DNA from: Candidatus Delongbacteria bacterium
Lineage (GTDB): Bacteria; CAIWAD01
Assembly: GCA_041675285.1 (NCBI GenBank)
Contig: JBAYTZ010000009.1
Location: 10,601 to 74,600 of the forward strand
Length of the DNA stretch: 64,000 bases
Direction: 5' to 3'
The translations under genes were made by a program, and so were the position numbers. Of this stretch, positions 55,248-63,149 are shown in pieces. Every line of letters begins with the position of its first letter. Positions within the stretch are counted from its first letter, which is position 1. The notes beneath the pieces are model-generated. The model worked only from the letters and a program-made list of their open reading frames with translations, was not told the origin of the DNA and ran no database searches.

Positions 55248-58153
55248 GACCTCCCACCGCCCTGCTGGCCGCCCTGGGGCTGACCCGCTTCGTCGCCCTG
55301 GACCTGGAGACCACGGGGCTCGAGGAGGATTGCGAGATCATCGAGATCGGCCTGGCCTGCTATGAAGCGGGCCAGGTCGCGTCCCGGATCTCCACGCTGG
55401 TGAAACCCTCCGGGCCCGTGCCGCCCCGCATCCTGCACCTGACCGGCATCGATCCGCGCAAGCTCAAGAAGGCCCAGCCGCTGGAGGCCGTCCTGGACGA
55501 GGTCCTGGCGGCCATTGGCGATTCACCCATCGTGGCCCATAATCTGGCCTTTGACCAGGGCGTGCTGCAGCGCTGCGCGGCCCGGGCCGGCCGAGCCTGG
55601 CGTCCGCTGGCGGCGGGGCTGGACACGGTGCCCCTGGCGCGCTGCCTGCTGCCGCTCAATCCCAGCCACCGGCTGGCCGAGGTGGCCGCCACCCTGGCCG
55701 TGCCGCTGGAGAACGCCCACCGCGCGCTGGACGACGCCGAGGCCGCCGGGGAAATCCTGCTCAGCCTGCTGCAGTTGGGAACGGGGCTGGAGCTGCCGCT
55801 GCTGCGACGTCTGGCCCTGCTGGCCGGCGGCACGGGCGATCCGCAGGAAGGGATCTTCCAGGGCCTGCTGGACTGGGTCAAGCGCGAGGGTCCGGGCCCG
55901 GCCTGGCGCCAAGCCCAGCCGCCCTGCCGGGTCAACGTCTACGAATGCGAAGGCGCGGGCGGGGCGGGGGAGTCCGCCTTTGACGCCACCCAGTGGTTTG
56001 GGGCCGACGGGCGCCTGCAGGCCGCCGTGGAGGGCTTTCGGCGCCGGCCCCAACAGGAGGAGCTGGCCCGCGAGGTGGGTCTGTTGCTGGACGCGGCTCC
56101 CGCGGAAGGGAAGACGGCCTGCTGGGTGGCCGAGGCCGCCACGGGCACGGGCAAATCCTTCGCCTACCTCCTGCCCGCCATGCTCACCGGCGCGGCGCGC
56201 CGGGACGCCGGCGGCGGCCCCGTGCTGGTCAGTACGCACACGCGCAACCTGCAGGACCAGCTTTTCGACAAAGACATCCCGCGGCTGGGCCGCCTGTTGC
56301 GCCGGCCCTTCCGCGCCACGGTGCTCAAGGGCCGGGGCAACTACCTCTGCCAGCGTCGGCTGGAGCGCTTGCTGGACGAGGCCCGCGAGCGGCTGTCGCC
56401 CGCCGACCGCCTGGCCCTGCTGCCCGTTGTGAGCTGGGCGGCCCTGACGCGCTCGGGCGACATCGAGGAGTGCACGGGTTTCCGGGCCCACCAGCTGCCG
56501 CGCCTCTGGAGCCAGGTGCGCAGCGAGGGCTCGGCCTGCGCCAACCCGGGCTGCCGCGGCTCGGCCGCCCAACCCGAGGCCCCGGCCGTCTGCTGGGGCG
56601 CCCGCGCCCGCCTGCAGGCCCAGGCTTCGCACCTGGTGGTGGTCAATCACAGCCTGCTCTTGGCCGACCTGGGCGTGGACCACGGCGTGCTGGGCAGCTT
56701 CGACACCTTGATCGTCGACGAAGCCCACCAGTTCGGCCGCAGCGCCGATCAGCACCTGCGGCGCAGTTTCTCCTTCGCCCTGACCGAGGGGCGTCTGCGG
56801 GCCCTGCATGATCCCCAGGGCCAGGGGCGCGGCCTGCTCAAACAGTTGCGCGCCGCCTGGAGCGCGCGGGACGCCGCCCTCCAGCAGGTGGAGCCCGGCC
56901 TGCGCGGGCTGGAGTCCGTGGCCGAGGCCGTGGACGCCGCGCTGGAACCCGTGTTGCGGGCCCGCGCCGCCCTGGCCGCCGTGCAGAAGGAGCGCCACGG
57001 TGCGGCCCTGCAGCGTTCGCGCTACACGCAGAAGGAGCGCCTGAAGGGCGAGAATTCCCCCCTGCGCCTGTTGGCCGAGCCCTGTCGCCAGGTGGAGGAG
57101 GGGCTGGCCGGACTGGCCGGCGCCCTGCGCAGCTGCCTGGGGCTGCTGGAGTCGGCCCGCGAGGAAAACCTGCTGGCCCTGGTGGCCGAGCTGCGCGGCG
57201 AGCAGGAGAACCTGTTGGAGGCCGCGGCCCTGCTGGCTCTGCTGCTCGAGGAGGACGACGAAGGCGGCGAGGCCGTCACTTGGAGCGAGCTGCATCCGGT
57301 GAGCCTGGAGACCACATTCATCCGCCTGCCCGTGGAGGCCGGTCCGCGCCTGCACGAAACGCTCTGGAGTGGCCTGCGGCGCGTGCTCTTCACCAGCGCC
57401 ACGCTGACGGTGGACAGTTCCTTCGACTGGCTGCTGCGCCGGCTGGGCCTGGACCGGCTGCCCGAGCCCGCCCGCACCCTGGTCTTCGACAGCCCTTTCG
57501 ACCTGGCGCGCCAGGCCCGCTGCTACGTGCCCACCTGGCTGCCCGAGGCTTCGGGCTACTCCACCGATGCGTTCGCACTTGAACTGGCGAAACTGCTGGC
57601 CCTGACCTGCGAGCAGTTCGGGCGCGGCACGCTCGTGCTGTTCACCAGCTACACGCTGCTCAGCCGCTGCCAGACAGCTCTCCAGGCGGCCCTGGACACG
57701 GAGCGCTTCCCGCTGCTCGTGCAGGGCCTGGACGGCTCGCGCCACGAACTGCTGGACCGCTTCCGCCAACTGGGCCACGCCGTGCTGCTGGGGGTGGATT
57801 CCTTCTGGGAGGGCGTGGACGTGCCCGGCGAAGCCCTGCAGATCCTGGTGATGACCAAGCTGCCCTTCGACGTGCCGGGCGAGCCGCTGCTGGACGCGCG
57901 CAGCGAGCGCATCCAGCGCACGGGCGGCAACGCCTTCCGCGACCTGAGCGTGCCCGAGGCGGTGATCCGCTTCCGCCAGGGTTTCGGCCGGCTGATCCGC
58001 CACGAGACGGACAAGGGTGCCTTCCTGCTGCTGGACGCCCGGGTGGTGCGCCAGGAATACGGCAAGGTCTTCCTGGACAGCCTGCCGCTGCCCGCGCGGC
58101 CCATGTTGCGGCCGGAGGACTTGCAGCGCGAGCTGCGCAACTTCTTTGCCTAG
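55244..58153 (+). CDS. dinG: DinG-family ATP-dependent helicase with N-terminal DEDDh (DnaQ-like) 3'-5' exonuclease domain
   Basis: Exo motifs FVALDLETTGL, IVAHNLAFD, HRALDDAEA. Helicase motifs AEAATGTGKSFAYLLPA and LIVDEAHQF. The proposed TTG start at 55244 overlaps the gcvPB stop, but the exact start is uncertain. Confidence 0.85.
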   Translation: MRPPTALLAALGLTRFVALDLETTGLEEDCEIIEIGLACYEAGQVASRISTLVKPSGPVPPRILHLTGIDPRKLKKAQPLEAVLDEVLAAIGDSPIVAHNLAFDQGVLQRCAARAGRAWRPLAAGLDTVPLARCLLPLNPSHRLAEVAATLAVPLENAHRALDDAEAAGEILLSLLQLGTGLELPLLRRLALLAGGTGDPQEGIFQGLLDWVKREGPGPAWRQAQPPCRVNVYECEGAGGAGESAFDATQWFGADGRLQAAVEGFRRRPQQEELAREVGLLLDAAPAEGKTACWVAEAATGTGKSFAYLLPAMLTGAARRDAGGGPVLVSTHTRNLQDQLFDKDIPRLGRLLRRPFRATVLKGRGNYLCQRRLERLLDEARERLSPADRLALLPVVSWAALTRSGDIEECTGFRAHQLPRLWSQVRSEGSACANPGCRGSAAQPEAPAVCWGARARLQAQASHLVVVNHSLLLADLGVDHGVLGSFDTLIVDEAHQFGRSADQHLRRSFSFALTEGRLRALHDPQGQGRGLLKQLRAAWSARDAALQQVEPGLRGLESVAEAVDAALEPVLRARAALAAVQKERHGAALQRSRYTQKERLKGENSPLRLLAEPCRQVEEGLAGLAGALRSCLGLLESAREENLLALVAELRGEQENLLEAAALLALLLEEDDEGGEAVTWSELHPVSLETTFIRLPVEAGPRLHETLWSGLRRVLFTSATLTVDSSFDWLLRRLGLDRLPEPARTLVFDSPFDLARQARCYVPTWLPEASGYSTDAFALELAKLLALTCEQFGRGTLVLFTSYTLLSRCQTALQAALDTERFPLLVQGLDGSRHELLDRFRQLGHAVLLGVDSFWEGVDVPGEALQILVMTKLPFDVPGEPLLDARSERIQRTGGNAFRDLSVPEAVIRFRQGFGRLIRHETDKGAFLLLDARVVRQEYGKVFLDSLPLPARPMLRPEDLQRELRNFFA

Positions 58154-58164
58154 GACTTTTGCTT

Positions 58165-58304
58165 GGACACGAAGCACGGGAAGAGATCGAAGAGCACGAA
58201 GGGGAGAACAGGTGGGAGTCATGCGCAGGGCGCTCGAGTTGCCACCCGCGTTCCAAAGCCAATTCAGGCTTCGTGTTCTTCCGAGCTTCGTGGACTTCGT
58301 GTCC
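58165..58304. repeat. Paired inverted octamer-array element H (CACGAAG type)
   Basis: Left arm GGACACGAAGCACGGGAAGAGATCGAAGAGCACGAAGG (58165-58202). 65-bp core. Right arm GCTTCGTGTTCTTCCGAGCTTCGTGGACTTCGTGTCC (58268-58304). The terminal 10-mers GGACACGAAG/CTTCGTGTCC are perfect inverted copies. Confidence 0.85.
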
Positions 58305-58333
58305 ATTTTAAATAGAACAACCGAGGAGTCGAG

Positions 58334-58735
58334 ATGAAGATCGATCGCGTGGACCACATCGGGATCGCGGTGCCCAGCCTGGACGCCGCCCAGCCCTTCT
58401 GGGAGGATAGTCTGGGCCTGGTCTTCCACGGCCGCGAATACGTGGCCGACCAGCAGGTGACCGTGGCCATGGGCGCCGCGGGGGAGACGCACATCGAACT
58501 GCTGGAGCCCGCCGACCCGGCCAGTCCCATCGCGCGCTTCCTGGAGAAGAACCGCCCGGGCATCCACCACATCGCCCTGCACGTGGACAATCTGGAGGAG
58601 GCGCTGGCCCGCCTCACGGCCCAGGGCGCCACTTTGATTGATCAAGTGCCGCGGCTGGGCGCCGGCGGCAAACGCATCGCCTTTGTCCATCCGAAAAGCA
58701 CGTCGGGCGTGCTGCTCGAACTCTGCGAAGGCTGA
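58334..58735 (+). CDS. mce: Methylmalonyl-CoA epimerase (VOC/glyoxalase family)
   Basis: MKIDRVDHIGIAVPSLDAA...IELLEP...SPIARFLEKNRPGIHHIALHVDNLE...KIAFVHPKSTSGVLLELCE. Confidence 0.85.
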   Translation: MKIDRVDHIGIAVPSLDAAQPFWEDSLGLVFHGREYVADQQVTVAMGAAGETHIELLEPADPASPIARFLEKNRPGIHHIALHVDNLEEALARLTAQGATLIDQVPRLGAGGKRIAFVHPKSTSGVLLELCEG

Positions 58736-59001
58736 GCTGGCACGCTGTACCTCCTTCCCTCGCAGTGCGCGCGGGAAGGAAGGCGGATTTGCCTCGCACA
58801 TGCCAAAGGATGCCCCGCTCAAGCTGTGGGATGACAAACAGGACGTGTGAGGTGAAGCCCGCAGGGCTGAACCAGAAAATGGGTGAAGCGCAAAGCGCGA
58901 ACCAATCACCAGCGGATCAGGAAGAGCTTGCTTCGGCCGTCTGTCTGACGGCGGCCGTGAGGCCGCCTAGTTACGGCCGCTGAAAAAGCGCCTCTTTGGC
59001 T

Positions 59002-59030
59002 CCACCTTTCTGGCGCCAGCAGAAAGGTGG
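59002..59030. repeat. 29-nt hairpin motif, copy 1 (flanks the 11-mer array)
   Basis: CCACCTTTCTG-GCGCCAG-CAGAAAGGTGG: 11-bp perfect stem. Confidence 0.8.
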
Positions 59031-59062
59031 AAGACATGGGTCCCAGCCATGCCGGGATCGAG

Positions 59063-59139
59063 CGGTGCCAGGCCGGTGCCAGGTCAGTGCCAGGCCGGTG
59101 CCAGGTCAGTGCCAGGCCGGTGCCAGGCCGGTGCCAGAG
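59063..59139. repeat. Tandem array, 7 x 11 bp, unit C(G/A)GTGCCAGG(C/T)
   Basis: Units: cggtgccaggc, cggtgccaggt, cagtgccaggc, cggtgccaggt, cagtgccaggc, cggtgccaggc, cggtgccagag. All are contiguous. Confidence 0.95.
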
Positions 59140-59145
59140 CACTGT

Positions 59146-59172
59146 CCATTTCTGGCGACAGCAGAAGGGTGG
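59146..59172. repeat. Hairpin motif, degenerate copy 2 (other flank of the 11-mer array)
   Basis: CCATTTCTGGCGACAGCAGAAGGGTGG, a direct, diverged copy of 59002-59030. Confidence 0.7.
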
Positions 59173-59207
59173 AAATCAAGGCGCCCGGCAAGTACCAGGG
59201 ACGAGCC

Positions 59208-59278
59208 ATGGGATCCCAGCTTTCGCTGGGATGACAGTCACGATGCCGTGGGATCCCCCGGTCAAGCCGGGGGATGAC
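59208..59278. repeat. Two adjacent REP-like hairpins sharing GGGAT...GATGAC flanks
   Basis: Hairpin 1: cATGGG-ATCCCAGC-TTTC-GCTGGGAT-GAC (59208-59235). Hairpin 2: cGTGGG-ATCCCCCGG-TCAAG-CCGGGGGAT-GAC (59248-59278). Confidence 0.75.
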
Positions 59279-59308
59279 GAACGGACACATGCTCCACGTC
59301 CATGGAAT

Positions 59309-59332
59309 CTCTGTGCCTCCGTGTCTCTGTGG
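59309..59332. repeat. Solo arm of the CACAGAG-type octamer array (element E)
   Basis: CTCTGTGCCTCCGTGTCTCTGTGG, 53 nt upstream of the uvrC ATG. No CACAGAG partner arm in the 570 bp upstream. Confidence 0.8.
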
Positions 59333-59384
59333 TTAGAACGCTCAGGCGCTACCTTGGCCTCGTCCAAGCAGCAACCGGAGCCTG

Positions 59385-61250
59385 ATGTACCGCTTCGATC
59401 CAGCCGAGTATCCCACCGGTCCCGGCGTCTACCTCTTTCGGGATGCCGCCGGCGCCGTGCTCTATGTGGGCAAGGCGCTGAACCTGCGCCAGCGCCTGCG
59501 CAGCTACGCGGCCGGCGGCGACGGGCGCGCCCAGATCCCCTCCATGCTCAAGCGGGCCGGCGCGCTGGAGGTGATCGTCACCTATAGCGAAGTCGAAGCC
59601 CTGGTGCTCGAGAACAACCTGATCAAGGAGCACCGCCCGCGCTACAACCTCTACCTGCGCGACGACAAGAGCTATCCCTTCGTGCGTATCACCAGCGAAC
59701 TCTTCCCGCGCGTGCTGCTCACGCGCCAGGTGGTGCGCGACGGCAGCCGCTACTTCGGTCCCTTCACCGAAGTGCGCACCCTGCGCGGTTTCCTCAAGGG
59801 CCTGCGCGAGCGCCTGCGCATCCGCCAGTGCGACCTGGCCATCACGGAGGAGAGCATGGCGGCCGGCCGGCACAAGGTCTGCCTGGATTTCCACCTGGGC
59901 GTCTGCCTGGGGCCCTGCGAGGGGCGGCAGGCGGCGACCGCCTACGTCCACTCGGTGGAGGCGGCGCGCCAGATCCTGCGCGGGCGCGGACGCGAGCAGC
60001 GCCGGGAGGAGGAGGCGGCCATGCACGCGGCGGCGGCGCGCCAGGACTACGAGGAGGCCGCCCGGCACCGGGACGCCCTGCAGGCGCTGGAGCAGCTGAT
60101 CCAGGGCCAGAAGGTCGAGGTCCAGGAGGCCGCCGACGCCGACGTGCTGGGCCTGGCCCGGGACGATCACGAGGCCGCCGTGGCCCTGCTGCGGCTGCGC
60201 GATGGCCGCGTGCTGGGCCGCTTCCACACGACCCTGGGCGGCACGCTGGAGAGCGGCGCGGGGGAGATCCTGCGCGTGTTCGTGGCCCAGTACTACGCCC
60301 AGTGCGAGGAGTTGCCGCGCGAGATCTGGCTGCCCGCCGAGCCAGCGGAGGCCGGGCTGCTGACGGCCTGGCTGGGGGAGCGGGCCCGCGAGCTGCAGGC
60401 CCTGGGTGGGGACGGGCGCGTGCCCGAGCTGCTGGTGCCCCAGCGCGGCGACAAGGCTGCCCTGCTGCGGATGGCCACGCACAACGCGGCCCAGGTGTTG
60501 GAAGAGCGCCTGCTGCGGCGCCTGAAGCGCGACCGCGTGCCCGAGTCCCTGCGCGCCCTGCAGCGCGACCTGGGGCTGGCCGGGCTGCCGCGCCGCATCG
60601 AGGGTTTCGACATCAGCCACTTCGGCGGCGAGGCCACGGTGGCCAGTTTGGTGGTCTTCCAGGACGGCCGGCCGCTGAAAAAGGATTACCGCCACTTCCA
60701 CGTGAAAAGCGTCGCGGGCATCGACGACTTCGCCTCGATGGAGGAGGTGGTGGAACGACGCTACCGGCGCCTGCTGGAGGAGGGCCGGCCCCTGCCCGAG
60801 CTGATTCTCATCGACGGCGGCAAGGGCCAACTGGGGCGCGCCCACGCCGTGCTGCGCCGGTTGGGCGTGCCCGATCAGCCGGTCTGCGGGCTGGCCAAGC
60901 GCTTCGAGGAAGTCTACCTGCCCGGCGAGAGCCTGCCGCGCAACATCCCCAAGGACTCGGCCGCCAACCGCCTGCTGCAGCAGGTGCGCGACGAGGCCCA
61001 CCGCTTCGCCCTGCGCTTCAACCAGCACCTGCGGCAGACCCGGGCCCTGCCCGATCCCTTGGCCGGCGTGCCCGGCATCGGCCCGGAACTCAGCCGGCGA
61101 CTGCTCTTACGCTTTGGCGGATTGCGCCAGCTGGTGCGCGCCGGGGAGGACGAACTCTGCGCCGTGCCCGGCGTGGGGCCGGTCCTGGCCCGCCGCCTGT
61201 TGGACCACCTGCGCGGCCTTTCCCCGGCCGACGGCGGGGAGGTGACTTGA
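59385..61250 (+). CDS. uvrC: Excinuclease ABC subunit C
   Basis: GIY-YIG domain GVYLFRDAAGAVLYVGKALNLRQRLRSY...NLIKEHRPRYN; UVR domain; C-terminal HhH (GIGPELSRRLL). Confidence 0.96.
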   Translation: MYRFDPAEYPTGPGVYLFRDAAGAVLYVGKALNLRQRLRSYAAGGDGRAQIPSMLKRAGALEVIVTYSEVEALVLENNLIKEHRPRYNLYLRDDKSYPFVRITSELFPRVLLTRQVVRDGSRYFGPFTEVRTLRGFLKGLRERLRIRQCDLAITEESMAAGRHKVCLDFHLGVCLGPCEGRQAATAYVHSVEAARQILRGRGREQRREEEAAMHAAAARQDYEEAARHRDALQALEQLIQGQKVEVQEAADADVLGLARDDHEAAVALLRLRDGRVLGRFHTTLGGTLESGAGEILRVFVAQYYAQCEELPREIWLPAEPAEAGLLTAWLGERARELQALGGDGRVPELLVPQRGDKAALLRMATHNAAQVLEERLLRRLKRDRVPESLRALQRDLGLAGLPRRIEGFDISHFGGEATVASLVVFQDGRPLKKDYRHFHVKSVAGIDDFASMEEVVERRYRRLLEEGRPLPELILIDGGKGQLGRAHAVLRRLGVPDQPVCGLAKRFEEVYLPGESLPRNIPKDSAANRLLQQVRDEAHRFALRFNQHLRQTRALPDPLAGVPGIGPELSRRLLLRFGGLRQLVRAGEDELCAVPGVGPVLARRLLDHLRGLSPADGGEVT

Positions 61251-61432
61251 ACAAGTTGTTCACTTTCCGACAGGCGTGAGCAGCTTTGGGCACCGTCGGA
61301 AATCGATCCCCCTGTCAAGCAAGAAGATGGGCTCTGGCCTGTCGATTGCAGGTTGAAGCCTGATTGCTATTCAGTTCCTAAGCCCTAACAGGAACGCCCA
61401 AACCTAGTCAGATTCAGAAGAAGGAGATTCGC

Positions 61433-62875
61433 ATGAAGCGTCTCATGGCATTGGCCAGCGTCCTGCTGGTGGCGGGCTCGGCCTCCGCCGCGGTCATCAA
61501 CTGGCAGCTGAACATGAACGTTCAGATCGGCCTGGGCAACTTCGTCCCCGGCGTGGACAACGTGGTCGTGCGCGGCTACTTCAACGGCTGGAGCGGGACG
61601 AACCCCACCCTGACCGATCCGGACAACGACGGCATCTACACAGGTTCTTATGACCAGGGTTCCTTCGCCGGCCCCTACGAGTACAAGTACGTGATCCAGC
61701 ACAGCGTGACCGGCGACGAGTGGGAGTGGGTGGGCAACCGTCCCTACACCTACACCGAGCCCACCATCGACCTGCCGCTGGAGTATTTCAACAACATCAC
61801 CAGCCTGCCCGGCACCTGCGACGTGGAAATCACCTTCCAGGTCGACATGGGCGTGCAGATCGCCACGGGCGCCTTTGATCCGGGCGCGGGCGACCTCGTC
61901 GTCATGCGCGGGCCCTTCAACGGCTGGAGCGGCATCACGCATCAGCTGACCAATGTCGGCGGCACGCTCTACGCCTTGACGGTGCCCTTCGCCGGCCAGG
62001 CGGAGACCAGCCCCATCGAGCACAAGTTTGTCATCGTCTCCGGTGGCGACAATTGGGAGAGCAGCGCCAACCGGTTGGCCTACGGCGACTGCGACTGGGT
62101 GGACAGCGACGCCAACGGCTTCAAGGAAGGCACCCTGGCCCCCGTGTTCTTCAGCGACACCAACTGGGACGCCATCATTGACCACGACATCCTGGTGGTC
62201 ATGGACATCGACGCCTCCCGCGTGTCCTGCTGGTTCGCCAACGGCGGCGCGCCGACCTATGACGGCACGGCCAGCTACGCCGGCGTGAACTTCATCTCCC
62301 TGCACGGCTTCTTCAACGGTTGGCCGGCCTGGGACGGCAACATCTCCCCGCTCTATCGCACGGTCAACAACGGCAGCTGCCACTGGACCGGCTCCCTGTT
62401 CTTCCCGATGGGCTCGGCCAAGAACCAGATCTACAAGCTCGGCCTGAATGGCTTCGACAACGAGGCCGGCTTCGGTCAGGACCACGCCATGGACATCTCC
62501 CTGGACGGCGGCACGGGCGTGACCTACGTCAACGTCGAGTTCGGTTCCAACGGCACCCAGTGGGATTGCTTCACGGGTTGCGTCGAGACGGTGGGCGCCA
62601 CGGATCAGCCCTCCGCCTTCGCCCTCTCCCAGAACGTCCCGAACCCCTTCAACCCCGTGACCACCATCGCCTTCACGATGGACGCCACGGCCCCGGCGAC
62701 CTTGTCCGTCTACGACCTGACGGGCGCCAAGGTGGCCACGCTGGTCAACGGCTTGGTGAATGCCGGCCGCAATGAGATCAGCTTCGACGCCTCCCAGCTG
62801 GCCAGCGGCGTGTACGTCTACACGCTGCAGAGCGAAGGCCGCCTGGAAAGCCGCAAGATGGTCCTGGTGAAGTAA
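61433..62875 (+). CDS. Secreted non-catalytic protein: three CBM20-like (starch-binding-like) modules + T9SS/FlgD-Ig-type C-terminal sorting domain
   Basis: Signal peptide MKRLMALASVLLVAGSASA. Repeated VVVRGYFNGWSG / LVVMRGPFNGWSG / ISLHGFFNGWPAW with YEYKYVI / IEHKFVIVSGGDNWESSANR. C-terminus LSQNVPNPFNPVTTIAFTM...LSVYDLTGAKVATLV...ASGVYVYTLQSEG. Strong AAGGAG RBS. Confidence 0.8.
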   Translation: MKRLMALASVLLVAGSASAAVINWQLNMNVQIGLGNFVPGVDNVVVRGYFNGWSGTNPTLTDPDNDGIYTGSYDQGSFAGPYEYKYVIQHSVTGDEWEWVGNRPYTYTEPTIDLPLEYFNNITSLPGTCDVEITFQVDMGVQIATGAFDPGAGDLVVMRGPFNGWSGITHQLTNVGGTLYALTVPFAGQAETSPIEHKFVIVSGGDNWESSANRLAYGDCDWVDSDANGFKEGTLAPVFFSDTNWDAIIDHDILVVMDIDASRVSCWFANGGAPTYDGTASYAGVNFISLHGFFNGWPAWDGNISPLYRTVNNGSCHWTGSLFFPMGSAKNQIYKLGLNGFDNEAGFGQDHAMDISLDGGTGVTYVNVEFGSNGTQWDCFTGCVETVGATDQPSAFALSQNVPNPFNPVTTIAFTMDATAPATLSVYDLTGAKVATLVNGLVNAGRNEISFDASQLASGVYVYTLQSEGRLESRKMVLVK

Positions 62876-62902
62876 CACCGGCCCCACTTCGTTCGCAGAT
62901 TC

Positions 62903-62944
62903 AGCATCCCCCGTCTCCCCAAGAGGCGGGGGATGCTCCTTATT
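62903..62944 (+). terminator. Rho-independent terminator after the CBM/T9SS gene
   Basis: AGCATCCCCCG-N13-CGGGGGATGCT followed by CCTTATT. Confidence 0.7.
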
Positions 62945-63057
62945 CGCCATTCCCAGCTCCGCCAGCCGCGGGGGCCCGATTCCCAGCCTTGCACATGCGT
63001 GCCGCCGCCGGCTGGGGCGATCTCCGCGCCGGGCAACGAATTTTGGTAATGGGGAAC

Positions 63058-63072
63058 TGGCACGATCCTTGT
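63058..63072 (+). promoter_or_regulatory. Sigma-54-like -24/-12 element upstream of ald (one mismatch at -12)
   Basis: TGGCACGATCCTTGT versus consensus TGGCACG-N4-TTGC. About 78 nt upstream of the ald ATG. Confidence 0.3.
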
Positions 63073-63149
63073 CATGACAGCGAGGTCCGCTCCCGCTCCG
63101 GATGGGAAGGCCGCCGCCGCGGGGGACGCAGGGAAGCAAGGAGAGGTCC

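Noticed and set aside
55523-58909. 1128-aa ORF on the minus strand
   Set aside because: It is entirely antisense to the well-supported dinG and mce genes. The translation is A/G/R/P/Q-rich low complexity with no recognisable motifs. Long antisense ORFs like this are a typical artefact of ~70% GC DNA.
59063-59139. Possible CRISPR array or coding repeat (translates as PGTGPG.. / AGARS..)
   Set aside because: The units are only 11 bp and contiguous with no spacers. No cas genes are present. All frames are low-complexity with no start or RBS context. It was classified as a tandem repeat.
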